From: Candidatus Hadarchaeota archaeon
GTDB taxonomy: Archaea > Hadarchaeota > Hadarchaeia > Hadarchaeales > JAGGTB01
DNA length: 64,000 nt
Direction: 5' to 3'
Assembly (NCBI GenBank): GCA_964384105.1
Contig: CAYLJV010000001.1
Location: forward strand, 586,594-650,593
In this document: piece by piece, positions 26,271-36,176 of the stretch
Layout of the letters: each line of letters begins with the position of its first letter
Numbering within the stretch: the first letter of the stretch is position 1
Notes under the pieces: model-generated
Told to the model about the DNA's origin: nothing
What the model saw: the letters and a program-made list of their open reading frames with translations, nothing else
The model's database searches: none
Made by a program: the position numbers and the translations under genes

Positions 26271-26352
26271 TTTACTTCCCGGGTTTAATTTGAGTGAAGG
26301 TCTTTTTTAAGGAGAAAATAATTTCAACCTATCGATCCGGATTAAAAGAAGT

Positions 26353-26766
26353 ATGGAGTTCACATTTTTAAGAAAAGATTCAAAACTCCAAACAGGTGGA
26401 AATGTGCCAAGGAAAATCACTATCTCTGCTTCTAACTTCGAGGTGGAGGCAGAGCTTTTAGAGGAAGAAAATCCTAGAACCTGCGACGAGATATGGGCGG
26501 CCTTACCATTTGGTGGGGAGGCTAAGCTTTACTTGAAGGAAATTTATTTTGATATTCCTGCTGATATTGAACCAGAAAATCCGACAACAGAAACTACGAA
26601 GGGAGATGTGTCCTACTGGCTAGAACAGCCCGTTTTCTGCATTTTCTTTGGGGAATCTCAGCCGGTTAGTGAGGTAAATACCTTCGCTAAAATTGATAAA
26701 GAAGAGGTAGAGAGGCTCAAAAACGTGGGATCTGGAGAAAAAATAGAAGTAAGTAGGTCGGAATAA
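26353..26766 (+). CDS. Cyclophilin-like superfamily protein (PF04126/DUF369-like)
   Basis: 137 aa. 'KITISASNFEVEAELLEEENPRTCDEIWAALPFGGEAKLYLKEIYFDIP...GDVSYWLEQPVFCIFFGESQPVS' matches the archaeal cyclophilin-like family pattern. Confidence 0.6.
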   Translation: MEFTFLRKDSKLQTGGNVPRKITISASNFEVEAELLEEENPRTCDEIWAALPFGGEAKLYLKEIYFDIPADIEPENPTTETTKGDVSYWLEQPVFCIFFGESQPVSEVNTFAKIDKEEVERLKNVGSGEKIEVSRSE

Positions 26767-26831
26767 ATTCCTAGATTTCTTTCGAGTAGAATTTTATATT
26801 TTGTTTTAGAAGCAATCTAGAGGAGTTTTGA

Positions 26832-27677
26832 TTGAATAAACCAAAAAATCTGCAAGAGGCTTTGAAGGATAAGCTATCGGAAGAAGAATTGAGTGAACTT
26901 GGAACTTCTTTTGACATAGTTGGAGATATAGGGGTGATCAAGCTCCCCGATTCCCTATTGGAAAAGAAGAGGATAATAGGGGAGGCCCTGTTGAGTGTTC
27001 ATACTCATCTGAGTACCGTTCTTCTCCAAACCAGTCCTGTAAGTGGAGAATTTAGGACTAGGGATTTGGAGGTTATTGCGGGTGAAGAAAAGACAGAGAC
27101 TGCGCATAAAGAATATGGGTGCACTTTCAAAGTAGATCTGAGCAAGGTTTATTTTTCACCGAGACTATCAAATGAGAGGTACAGGATTGCTAAATTGGTT
27201 AATTCTGGCGAGATAGTTACTAATATGTTTTCGGGAGTGGGTTGCTATTCTATAGTAATGGCTAAACATTCTGATCCAGAAAAGGTGTATTCTATAGACA
27301 AGAATAGACATGCGGTCGAGTATATGGAGGAAAATGTTCGGATTAACAAGGTCGGAGGGGCGGTTGTTCCGGTTCTAGGGGATGCAGAAGAGGTTATTAA
27401 CAAACATCTCAGAGGGAAGTCAGATCGAGTTTTGATGCCTTTACCTGATTTCGCTCGAGATTTTTTGGATTCTGCTCTTCTTACCTTAAAACCGACTGGT
27501 GGGGTTATTCATTTTTATGATCTTGGAGAAGAACCAAATGTTTTTGATCCCTCTCTTGATTTTGTAGAAAATTTTGTGTCAGGTAGAGAAATTGAACTGA
27601 AGAATAAACGGATCGTTCGGTCCTATGCTCCGAATTTGTATCACGTAGTCTTAGATTTGGAAGTCAAGAGTCTTTAG
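26832..27677 (+). CDS. tRNA methyltransferase of the Trm5/TYW2 (Met-10+) family
   Basis: 281 aa. 'FDIVGDIGVIKLP' and 'YFSPRLSNERYRIAKLV..GEIVTNMFSGVGCYSI' match the Met-10+ class I SAM-MTase family. The start is TTG after GGAGT. Confidence 0.75.
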   Translation: MNKPKNLQEALKDKLSEEELSELGTSFDIVGDIGVIKLPDSLLEKKRIIGEALLSVHTHLSTVLLQTSPVSGEFRTRDLEVIAGEEKTETAHKEYGCTFKVDLSKVYFSPRLSNERYRIAKLVNSGEIVTNMFSGVGCYSIVMAKHSDPEKVYSIDKNRHAVEYMEENVRINKVGGAVVPVLGDAEEVINKHLRGKSDRVLMPLPDFARDFLDSALLTLKPTGGVIHFYDLGEEPNVFDPSLDFVENFVSGREIELKNKRIVRSYAPNLYHVVLDLEVKSL

Positions 27678-27756
27678 ATTAATAATTTATTCTCCCGAGA
27701 AACTTTAGTTATATTTTTAAAGCAAAACCTCAGAGATAATACGTAGAGGCGAAAAG

Positions 27757-28029
27757 ATGTCTAGAATCCTTGCTAGCAGTTTACGCGACATGAGAATTTT
27801 AACAGATAGAGGACTTCGTGTTGGTAACATTTACGATTTGGGTGTTGATGAGGAGACAGGGAAGATTGAAACTCTCATAATTCAGCCAGAATCACAGGAA
27901 GTTGCGCAGAATTTGACTATGGATGAAGAGGGTAATGCTCTAGTTCCTTACAGCTCTGTTATAGCGATAAGAGATTATATAGTAATAAGCGAGAAGAGTT
28001 TAGCTGTTCAACAATTAAAGAACCGTTAG
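27757..28029 (+). CDS. PRC-barrel domain protein
   Basis: 90 aa. 'MRILTDRGLRVGNIYDLGVDEETGKIETLII....VPYSSV.AI.DYIVI' is the typical archaeal PRC-barrel pattern. Confidence 0.55.
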   Translation: MSRILASSLRDMRILTDRGLRVGNIYDLGVDEETGKIETLIIQPESQEVAQNLTMDEEGNALVPYSSVIAIRDYIVISEKSLAVQQLKNR

Positions 28030-28226
28030 AAGTTGACTAATTAAGCGTAAAAGAAAGTTTTCGGTGTCTAGTTTCCGAAGTCCCTTTTTTTAATTTCTAG
28101 AGTTTAGGATATGCTCCAAAATTCTGGAGAAACGGAATATAAGCCTATTTTGGTAGCTGTATCAAATCTATATGAATAATTATCTTTTTTTATTAGACCA
28201 ATGCCAATTTTTTATTTTTTGTGCTA

Positions 28227-28916
28227 TTACCAACCGAAATGTAATCTTGTGCCAAATTCTTCAGGTAGTTCGGCTTCCTTTATCTTTTTCTCAGTTTCGT
28301 CTACATCGTATGAGACCCTTTTCTGTGTAATTTCTATGTCTTCCCCCAGTTCTAACAACTTATAACTGGCTTTTGGGTTTCTGTCCCGGGGCTGACCTAC
28401 GGCTCCGGGGTTAATAACTAACTTTCCTTGAATAACCTGTTCTAGTGGAACATGAGTGTGCCCGAGTAATATTACATCTGCTTTAGCCTCTTGGGTCATT
28501 TTGAGTAATGCTCGTTTTGAGGTACTTGGATAGAGATATTCCTTTAGAGGATTCCTTGGAGTTCCATGAGATATGAAGATTTTATACTCATCTATTTTTA
28601 GTTGAAGTTTTTCATCCAAGCCTTTCAAGAAATTTAAATTGCTTTTATTTAGTGTCTTTTTGGTCCAGATAGCAGCTTTTCTAGCATCTTCTGACAAAAA
28701 ACTAAAATTATCAGTGGCTACAGCGTGATCGTGATTCCCAATGCAAGAAACGACATCGTTTGATTTCACCAAATCTATTGTTTCGTTAGGTTGGGGACCG
28801 TATCCAACTAAATCTCCCGCACATAGTATTTTATCTACTTCACCCATATCTTCTAAAACGGCTTTGAGAGCTGCTAAGTTGGAGTGAGGATCTGCTATGA
28901 GACCTATTTTTTTCAT
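28227..28916 (-). CDS. Metallophosphoesterase (calcineurin-like, YfcE/MJ0936 family)
   Basis: 229 aa. It has the motifs 'GLIADPH', 'CAGDLVGYG', 'GNHDH' and 'LGHTHVP'. Confidence 0.8.
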   Translation of the reverse strand: MKKIGLIADPHSNLAALKAVLEDMGEVDKILCAGDLVGYGPQPNETIDLVKSNDVVSCIGNHDHAVATDNFSFLSEDARKAAIWTKKTLNKSNLNFLKGLDEKLQLKIDEYKIFISHGTPRNPLKEYLYPSTSKRALLKMTQEAKADVILLGHTHVPLEQVIQGKLVINPGAVGQPRDRNPKASYKLLELGEDIEITQKRVSYDVDETEKKIKEAELPEEFGTRLHFGW

Positions 28917-28936
28917 AGAAACAGCCTTGTGCAGGT

Positions 28937-31900
28937 TTATTCTAATCTACTAATAGATAATTCGAACTTTTTATCATTGATATTCCATTCTTTACTGTAT
29001 CTCCGTTTTACTACTTCGTCTCGATGCCCTATTTCAAGATTTTTTATTCGGACTTCCTGTTTGAGGTAATCTTCTTGATTTTTCAGATATTCTATACTTT
29101 TATCGTGGTTTACCCCGATCGATACGTTTACTCTTTCTTCCATCTCTAAATCCATATCTTTTCTCATTTTCTGGAGTCTTCTTACTACGTCTCGAGTCAA
29201 ACGTTCAGACTCTAATTCGGAATCTACTTTAGTATCTATTATTACATCGCCGTAAGCTGATTCTGCTCTTACCAGTTCTGGGGGGAGCTGATTCAGAGTT
29301 AGGTTATTCAAGCCTATTCTTATCTTCTCACCTTGAACTGTGAGTCCTACAAAGCCTTGTGATTCTACTTGCTGACGTATTTGTTCCATATCCATATGGT
29401 GTATTGTCTCGCTTATCGAACTTGTTAGTTCTCCGAATTGTTCTTCTATAGAGTCAAGATCCACTTCACAGACAAGATCGATTTTTTCCGAGAACTCTTC
29501 TTCGGTCAGTGGTTCTATTTTTTTGCAGTTTAGTTGGTTTAAGAGAATCTTTTCTAGTCTTTTGATGGACTTTTTTACTTCTTCGCTTTCTACTTTTATC
29601 ATAACCCTCTTCACGGGCCAACGTCTTTTTAGATCTGCCTTTTGTCTTCCTTTTGCTCCGGCTTCGACTATTTTTTGAATAATCTCCATGTCTATTTCGA
29701 GCTGGTCGTCTATTTTTTCTTCCTCTATTCCTGGCCAGCTAAGTTGATGCACACTTTGTGGGTTGGAAGGTTTAGAATCTCTAAGCATTTTTTGATACAT
29801 TTCCTCGGAAGCATAAGGCATGAAAGGAGCCAAGATTCTAGTTAATACATCAAAGATTTTGTAAAGGGTTTCATAAGCTACAGTTTTCTTGGGGTCGTCC
29901 TTTTCTATCCAGGTCCTCCTTCTTATCAGCTTTATGTACCATCTACTCAGGTCCTCGAGTACGAATGATTCGATAGCCCTCGTAGCCTTGTGAAAGTGTT
30001 TTTCTTCCAGCTTTTCCGTTACTTCTTTTACGGTCCCGTTCAACCTGGAAAGTATCCATTTGTCTTCTATCTCAAGATTATCATCAATTTTTTGTTGTTC
30101 AATGGTATTTGGTTCGAAATCGTCCAGGCTCATATAGGTGGTAGTGAAGACTAGACTATTCCATAGAACCTTGAGGAACCGGTTTGCTACTTCTACCTCA
30201 TCCCAGTTGAATCTAAGATCTTCCCAGACCGGGCTTGTGTGGAGCATATAGAATCTTAATACATCTGCACCGTGTTTCTCTATGATTTCTGATGGTTCCA
30301 CTACGTTTCCCAGAGACTTTGACATCTTCCTGCCCTCTTCGTCCAGAGTGAAACCGTGCATCAAGGCCTCTCTGTAGGGCAGGTCCTCGAAGGTGATTAT
30401 CGAAGCGGCCTGTTGCCCATAGAACCAGTTCGTAACCTGGTCTTCACCCTCCGTTATGAAATCGCTAGGCCAGTATCTCTCTAGTTTTTCCTTTTCTTTT
30501 GGGAATCCTAGCGTTGCCCAAGGTGCGATACTGGAGTCGAACCAGACATCGAGAACGTCTGGTATCCTGTTCATTTTTCCACCACAGTGAGGACATTCAA
30601 TTTTTACGTTGTCTATATCTGGTCTGTGTAGGTCAATATTTTGGTGTTCTCCAGTAGACTTCTGGAAGAGTTCTGTTTTACTCCCTATGATTTCCCTATG
30701 ATCACAGTTATTACATACCCAGATGGGGAGTGGAATTCCCCAGTATCTTTGTCTGGAGATACACCAGTCTCCTACCGATTCTACTCCATCGTTGTATCTT
30801 TTTTTGGCCCATTCTGGTATCCAATGAACTTTCTCGTTATTTTGTTCGATGATTTGGGGTTTTATTTTGCCAATATTCAGAAACCATTGTTTTGTAGCTC
30901 GGAATATTAGAGGTGTGTCGCATCTCCAACAGTGAGGGTAAGAGTGCCGAATGAGACCTTTTTTCATCAGGATTTCCTTATTTTCTAGATCATTCATGAT
31001 CACTTCGTTGGCGTCCTTGACGTACATTCCGGCATACCTTCCAGCTTCCTCGGTAAATTTTCCATCATCTCCAACCGGACTGAAAACGGGAAGATCATAC
31101 TTTTTTCCTATCTCAAAGTCCTCTTCTCCATGTCCAGGTGCTGTATGGACACAGCCTGTACCTTCTTCGATAGTTACGTGTTCTCCTGTGATCACTCTAT
31201 GGGTGGATTTGAAGTCATTCTGTTTTGGGACCTCTTCGAGGAGTGGGTGTTCGTATCTTAATCCTTCCAGTTCTTTCCCTTTAACGAGATCAACTCTTTT
31301 GTAGTCGTATATATTGAGTTCTTTCATTACTTTTGATACGAGCGCTTCGGCTATTATGTAGGTATCATTTCCCACTTCTACCTTTGCATAATACAAATCG
31401 GGATGGACACAGACTGCTACGTTCGCAGGAATTGTCCAAGGAGTAGTAGTCCAAACGAGTAAGTATTCGTTTGTTGTGTATGTGAGCTTGAATCGAGCGT
31501 ATATTGAGGGATCCTTTACTTGTCTATATTCCCCTCTAACTTCATGTTGGGCTAGAGCTGTTTCACAGCGGGGACACCATTGAATAACCTGCGCTCTTTT
31601 TTCCATAAGGTTTTTCTCGTCAGCTTTTTTGAGGGTCCACCAAGCTGATTCGAGATAATCATTTTCAAAAGTTAGGTACGGATCGTCCCAGTCCATCCAG
31701 ACTCCGAGCCTCTTAAACTGCTCGGTCATAATGTCTACATGTTCAGTGGCCCACTTCTTACACTCATCGATGAATTGTTTGATTCCTATTTTTTCTTCTA
31801 TGTCTTTCTTCGATTTCACTCCTATTTTTTCTTCAACCTTGACTTCTATTGGCAAGCCGTGACAATCCCAGCCTGGTTGTCTCCTGACGTTGAACCCTCG

Positions 31901-32122
31901 CATAGTCTTAAATCGTAAAACAGTATCTTTGATGAGTTTATTCCATGCTGTACCCAAGTGAATACTACCACTAGCATAAGGAGGACCATCCAAGAAATAC
32001 CAATCTGGATCATTTTGGTGGTCTTCTTTCACTTTTTCATAAATTTGTTCGGATTCCCACCAATTTTTGATTTCATCTTCTCTTTGCTTTGCAGTATATT
32101 CTTTTGGAGCTTCTACAACCAT
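28937..32122 (-). CDS. ileS: Isoleucyl-tRNA synthetase (archaeal/eukaryotic-type)
   Basis: 1061 aa. It is a class I enzyme with the HIGH-type motif 'PYASGSIHLGTAWN', 'KMSKSLGN', the editing (CP1) domain, 'WCISRQRYWGIPLPIW' and Zn-binding CxxC pairs. The length fits archaeal IleRS. Confidence 0.95.
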   Translation of the reverse strand: MVVEAPKEYTAKQREDEIKNWWESEQIYEKVKEDHQNDPDWYFLDGPPYASGSIHLGTAWNKLIKDTVLRFKTMRGFNVRRQPGWDCHGLPIEVKVEEKIGVKSKKDIEEKIGIKQFIDECKKWATEHVDIMTEQFKRLGVWMDWDDPYLTFENDYLESAWWTLKKADEKNLMEKRAQVIQWCPRCETALAQHEVRGEYRQVKDPSIYARFKLTYTTNEYLLVWTTTPWTIPANVAVCVHPDLYYAKVEVGNDTYIIAEALVSKVMKELNIYDYKRVDLVKGKELEGLRYEHPLLEEVPKQNDFKSTHRVITGEHVTIEEGTGCVHTAPGHGEEDFEIGKKYDLPVFSPVGDDGKFTEEAGRYAGMYVKDANEVIMNDLENKEILMKKGLIRHSYPHCWRCDTPLIFRATKQWFLNIGKIKPQIIEQNNEKVHWIPEWAKKRYNDGVESVGDWCISRQRYWGIPLPIWVCNNCDHREIIGSKTELFQKSTGEHQNIDLHRPDIDNVKIECPHCGGKMNRIPDVLDVWFDSSIAPWATLGFPKEKEKLERYWPSDFITEGEDQVTNWFYGQQAASIITFEDLPYREALMHGFTLDEEGRKMSKSLGNVVEPSEIIEKHGADVLRFYMLHTSPVWEDLRFNWDEVEVANRFLKVLWNSLVFTTTYMSLDDFEPNTIEQQKIDDNLEIEDKWILSRLNGTVKEVTEKLEEKHFHKATRAIESFVLEDLSRWYIKLIRRRTWIEKDDPKKTVAYETLYKIFDVLTRILAPFMPYASEEMYQKMLRDSKPSNPQSVHQLSWPGIEEEKIDDQLEIDMEIIQKIVEAGAKGRQKADLKRRWPVKRVMIKVESEEVKKSIKRLEKILLNQLNCKKIEPLTEEEFSEKIDLVCEVDLDSIEEQFGELTSSISETIHHMDMEQIRQQVESQGFVGLTVQGEKIRIGLNNLTLNQLPPELVRAESAYGDVIIDTKVDSELESERLTRDVVRRLQKMRKDMDLEMEERVNVSIGVNHDKSIEYLKNQEDYLKQEVRIKNLEIGHRDEVVKRRYSKEWNINDKKFELSISRLE

Positions 32123-32310
32123 AATTTCACCATTTGATTTTTTGTTGATTCACAAGATAACTAAAAAATACCTATAAAAAAAGGTATCCCTGAGCAATCT
32201 TTCTTAGTAGTTTGTTAAATTAATATTGATTATTTAGGTTATTATTTTCAACTAATTCTCCCAAAGCTTTTCTAAGAAGTTAAGAGTTTCAGATTTGGGG
32301 GTAGGGATAG

Positions 32311-33456
32311 ATCGTTGAGAATTTTGTAATTATCGGAGCGGGTGTTGCAGGGGTATCTGCGGCCAAGGAGATAAAGAATAACAGTGATGCAGATGTTATT
32401 GTTCTAAGTAACGAGAATGTGCCATTTTATAGTAGACCCCAATTGATTGAGTATATCTCTGGTAAGGTATCTTTGGAAGAGATAATAATCCACGATGAAA
32501 GCTGGTTTAAAGAAGAGGAAATTGGATTAAAGCTAGATGAACCCGCTATGGGGATAAATCCGGGGAAGAAGATGGTATTTACTTCTGAGAGGAGATATTA
32601 TTATGATCGTCTTCTTATAACCACCGGCGCACAACCTTTTTTACCACCTGTAATGGATAATGAAGAGAAAAATATTTTCACTCTAAGGGATATTGAGGAT
32701 GTCGAGTCTATCAGACAAAAGGCAGAAAATTCTAACAAAGCAGTAGTAATAGGTGGGGGAGTACTTGGAGTGGAGTCGGCTTTTAGTCTTAGAAAACTTG
32801 GTTTAGATGTAGTAGTAATAGCAATTTCTGACCATTTAATGCCAAAACAGTTAGATGAACGGGGTAGTGCGATACTGCAGAACTATCTTGAAGAAGAAGG
32901 ATTAGAGTTCTTCCTTAATTCAAGAGTTTCGGAATTTAGTGGGAATCAGGAATTAGAGTCTGTTAGATTCGACGATGGGTCCGACCTACCGGCGGATATG
33001 GCTTTGCTTTGTGCGGGGGTCAGGCCAAATACGGAGCTAGTAGAGAATCTGGGGTTACTAGTTGATAATGGAATTGTTGTGGATGAGTACATGAGGACGT
33101 CTTTTGAAGGAGTATACGCTGCAGGTGATGTTGCTGAATATAACGGTCGGATTTACGGTCTCTGGGAGGAGGCGAGAGTTCAAGGAGAAACAGCGGGGGC
33201 CAATATGAGTGGACAAGTGAAAAAATTTTCTGATTTTATTCCAATCTGTAGACTCAAAATTCCAGGAATTAAGGTGATTTCCGGCGGTGAGGTACGGGGC
33301 CACGATAAACAAGATTCGGAAGTTGAAGAAAGAGCTAATTCTTATAAGAAAATCATCAGGAACGCCGAAGATAAAATTTCAGGATTTATAATCATCGGAG
33401 AAGAGTTCCTCAAGGATATGAATAGTATATTGAGAGAAATGAGGGATAGTAATTGA
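32311..33456 (+). CDS. FAD/NAD(P)-dependent oxidoreductase (nitrite-reductase / rubredoxin-reductase-like, class II pyridine nucleotide-disulfide oxidoreductase)
   Basis: The ORF track starts at GTG 32419. The open frame extends 5' to 32311 and encodes the Rossmann motif 'IVIIGAGVAGVSAAKEIK' that such enzymes need. There is no ATG/GTG/TTG in frame between the stop at 32308 and the GxGxxG, so the start is non-canonical (ATC/ATT) or a sequence error. A second NAD motif, 'AVVIGGGVLGVE', is also present. Confidence 0.65.
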   Translation: MVENFVIIGAGVAGVSAAKEIKNNSDADVIVLSNENVPFYSRPQLIEYISGKVSLEEIIIHDESWFKEEEIGLKLDEPAMGINPGKKMVFTSERRYYYDRLLITTGAQPFLPPVMDNEEKNIFTLRDIEDVESIRQKAENSNKAVVIGGGVLGVESAFSLRKLGLDVVVIAISDHLMPKQLDERGSAILQNYLEEEGLEFFLNSRVSEFSGNQELESVRFDDGSDLPADMALLCAGVRPNTELVENLGLLVDNGIVVDEYMRTSFEGVYAAGDVAEYNGRIYGLWEEARVQGETAGANMSGQVKKFSDFIPICRLKIPGIKVISGGEVRGHDKQDSEVEERANSYKKIIRNAEDKISGFIIIGEEFLKDMNSILREMRDSN

Positions 33457-33539
33457 AAATTTGCGGAAATTCTGGTGAGAACAGAAGAGGGTGTAGTTTA
33501 CAGTATCTGAATTTATCCATTAGGTCTACTAATAACCTT

Positions 33540-33725
33540 TCATTTGTTTGCTTTTAAACCGAGATCAAAGACGGAAGAACAGTTTGGACAAATAAATTTC
33601 CACTTAAGCTCGTCAGTATCTTTTATCTTTTCAAACATAGAGTGAAAACCGTCTTTATATCCACATTCCGGGCAATTTTTGAAAGAGTTTTCGATTTCAA
33701 TTTTTTTAGTATCTTTTTCACTCAT
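33540..33725 (-). CDS. Small zinc-ribbon protein
   Basis: 61 aa. CPECG...CPNC four-Cys ribbon. Confidence 0.45.
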   Translation of the reverse strand: MSEKDTKKIEIENSFKNCPECGYKDGFHSMFEKIKDTDELKWKFICPNCSSVFDLGLKANK

Positions 33726-33995
33726 CGATTCTGCTTGTTTAGTTGAGCTTTTAAGAATTTTTCCAATTTTTGTGGTTAGAGCTTAGTTTTGATTCAAAAT
33801 GCTAGCAATCCGAAATTTTGTAGGTATTTCCCCTTTGCTAAAATAGATAACAAGCAGAATAAACACTAAGATAAGAGCCACTATTACAACATAGGAAAAA
33901 TATTTCCTTAAATTTTCCTTCTCTTTCAATCCAGCATCACTTAGATTGTACTATTTCTTCGCCATTTTATTATTTTTAGAAATTTTCGAAGAAAT

Positions 33996-34676
33996 TTATC
34001 CCTCGTCTTCAGGTGGGCCGGTTACTATAATACCCTCGTCTGTTATTTCCAATGGACACATCCGGTCTGTATGCCGAGAACCTCGCATTTTAATGACTTC
34101 GATTGCTCGAGTTTTCTCTATATCGCCATCGTAGTGAAGTATTATTATCCCGTCTACTACCTCTTCTATCCCTATTCCCGGTTTTGAGGTCATTACAGAT
34201 GTTACTTTGTTTTCACAGAGTTCGCTCCGTAACTTAGAGATTGCTGCTTTGAAGTCTCGTTTATTGTCGAATAGTTCCGAGAACTCATCTATTCCATCGA
34301 TCGCTAGTCTTTCTGCTCCCGTTTCTTTAATTTTCTCTATTAGTTCATCGACGATTTCGTTTGTTTTGTTTATTCCAGTACTAAATCCTTCTAGTCGACC
34401 TGGTGACCCACCTAGTATAGTCAGGGTTCCTTCGTTCTCGAGTCGCTTCGTCTGCCAATTGAATTGCTTGGCATATCTATGGATACTTTTTCGGTCATCC
34501 ACAAAACTCACTAATATTCCGGGTTCGCCTTGATTGGCTATGCCGCTTACTAGGTATTGGAGGGAAAATATTGTTTTTCCCGTTCCATAGTTTCCTATTA
34601 AGAGTATTGAATTACCCTGTGGAATTCCTCCATCTACAAGTTTTCCTAGATTTTCTATACCTACATCTATCCTCAT
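33996..34676 (-). CDS. KaiC-like / RadA-paralog RecA-superfamily ATPase (single domain)
   Basis: 226 aa. 'LVDGGIPQGNSILLIGNYGTGKTIFSLQYL' is the KaiC-type Walker A context, and the Walker B region is 'ERLAIDGIDE'. Confidence 0.7.
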   Translation of the reverse strand: MRIDVGIENLGKLVDGGIPQGNSILLIGNYGTGKTIFSLQYLVSGIANQGEPGILVSFVDDRKSIHRYAKQFNWQTKRLENEGTLTILGGSPGRLEGFSTGINKTNEIVDELIEKIKETGAERLAIDGIDEFSELFDNKRDFKAAISKLRSELCENKVTSVMTSKPGIGIEEVVDGIIILHYDGDIEKTRAIEVIKMRGSRHTDRMCPLEITDEGIIVTGPPEDEG

Positions 34677-34842
34677 CCGAGAACACCACCGGTTTTTAAG
34701 AAAAAAGCTTTGGCTTTGGGGTCTTTTTTACGATTTTTTGATTTCTCATACATTTTAATCATTTTTTTATTTATCCAATATTTTATTCTGTCAAGGATTG
34801 TTTATTCAAATTTTTCGTGGTTTCCTGTATTGTTTTCGGAGT

Positions 34843-35004
34843 TTATTGTGCCGCAATTTCTAAAGTATCTGCGAGTTGGTGTTGTGCCTTGATTAGTATT
34901 GATTCTACTTTCCAATCGCCGTATTTCTGGCAAGTTTTTATCTTGCCCTCTAAATCCTCAATCTGGTTTTCAATTTCAACTTCAAATTCTCTCTTTGTTT
35001 CCAT
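34843..35004 (-). CDS. Possible small coiled-coil protein (53 aa). It is not in the ORF track.
   Basis: An ATG at 35004 (minus strand) gives METKREFEVEIENQIEDLEGKIKTCQKYGDWKVESILIKAQHQLADTLEIAAQ. It looks more protein-like than the Ser/Cys/Phe-rich + strand ORFs that overlap it. Confidence 0.2.
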   Translation of the reverse strand: METKREFEVEIENQIEDLEGKIKTCQKYGDWKVESILIKAQHQLADTLEIAAQ

Positions 35005-35273
35005 ATTGTTACCTTGCTTTGAGTTCTTTCTAGCCCACTATCAGTTAAGTGAACAATAAAAAGGTTAGCTGACGCGTTTTGTGATTGATTCACGAAAAAA
35101 GTGAACGTACGCCGTTTTTTCGAAAATAGAGAACCAATCTGAAATACGAATATAATCTTTAGGAACTAGAACAGTACAATTTATTAGTACCATTAGTAAG
35201 TACTAATTTGGGGTTGGCTGGAACCGAGGTGTATCTTCTAAAAGGGGGAGTGATAGGAGCGAGGTTGAAATAG

Positions 35274-36170
35274 ATGGATTATAAACGTCTTTTAAGAATT
35301 TTCCTAGTGCCCGGCCTGCTTTTAAAGTCGCGTGTTCGGGTGATTGTGGGGTTTACCTCTTATGCTTTGTTGGGATTAGTCATAACGATATTAGTCGGAA
35401 ATAACCTATCTTTATCTAGTATCTGGATAAATGTTCTGTTTTTAGGAATTGCGTGGGTCTTTCTTTCTGCTGGAGTTTATGTATTAAATGATATCTGTGA
35501 TATTAGCCTAGATAAGATAAGTGAATCTGAGCGGCCGCTTGTTACTAACGATATAACCAAAAATGAAGCTATTGTTGCAGTTATCGCGTTTCTCTCCTTG
35601 TCTTTTATCTTCTCTGCTCAATTAGGTCTCTTAACACTGCTTATATTCCTGACTTGTATGGGATTGGGTATAGTTTACTCCATTCCTCCAATTCACCTTA
35701 AAAGGAGGATATTTGGTAAACAACTTACTCTCGGTATAAGTGCAGCTCTTTCGATACTTGCTGGTGGAAGCGCTTTTGGGTATTTCCCCTCGGTTCTTAT
35801 CTATGCTATTCTAGTTATATTTCCGTTCATGTCGATATCCACGGTAATTGCGGATCTGAAAGATATAAAGGCCGATACTTCGGCAGATTATAGAACTCTT
35901 GCAATTGCTTTAGGAGCTAAGAAATCAATAGATTTGGCCATATATGGACTAGTAGCTATGATTGGGTTAGCAGTTCCTGGTGTTATCTACTTTAACTTAA
36001 ATCCAGCCTTTCTTTTGATAATCCTCCCTCTTTTAGGGTTAAATCTCAAGAGATACTTAGAATTTCGGAATTCTAATGTTGATTGGGGTGAATATAAGAA
36101 ACTACTAATGTTGCATAAAATTTCGGGACCACTCTTCCAATTAGGGATAGTAATTGGTTTGATCTTTTGA
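35274..36170 (+). CDS. UbiA-family prenyltransferase (second paralog)
   Basis: 298 aa with about 8-9 TM segments. 'VYVLNDICDISLDKISESERPLV' is the UbiA Asp-rich motif NDxxDxxxD. Confidence 0.7.
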   Translation: MDYKRLLRIFLVPGLLLKSRVRVIVGFTSYALLGLVITILVGNNLSLSSIWINVLFLGIAWVFLSAGVYVLNDICDISLDKISESERPLVTNDITKNEAIVAVIAFLSLSFIFSAQLGLLTLLIFLTCMGLGIVYSIPPIHLKRRIFGKQLTLGISAALSILAGGSAFGYFPSVLIYAILVIFPFMSISTVIADLKDIKADTSADYRTLAIALGAKKSIDLAIYGLVAMIGLAVPGVIYFNLNPAFLLIILPLLGLNLKRYLEFRNSNVDWGEYKKLLMLHKISGPLFQLGIVIGLIF

Positions 36171-36176
36171 ATTATC

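Noticed and set aside
29642-31304. The + strand ORFs inside the IleRS gene (29642..29845, 30641..30910, 30951..31304).
   Set aside because: They are antisense to the 1061-aa ileS, with biased Ser/Phe/Pro composition and no domain signatures.
35093-35122. An AT-rich hairpin, cgaaaaaa-N14-ttttttcg, in the intergenic region before the second UbiA gene.
   Set aside because: The stem is entirely A/T, has low stability, and would arise by chance in AT-rich DNA. It is too weak to call as a terminator or riboswitch.
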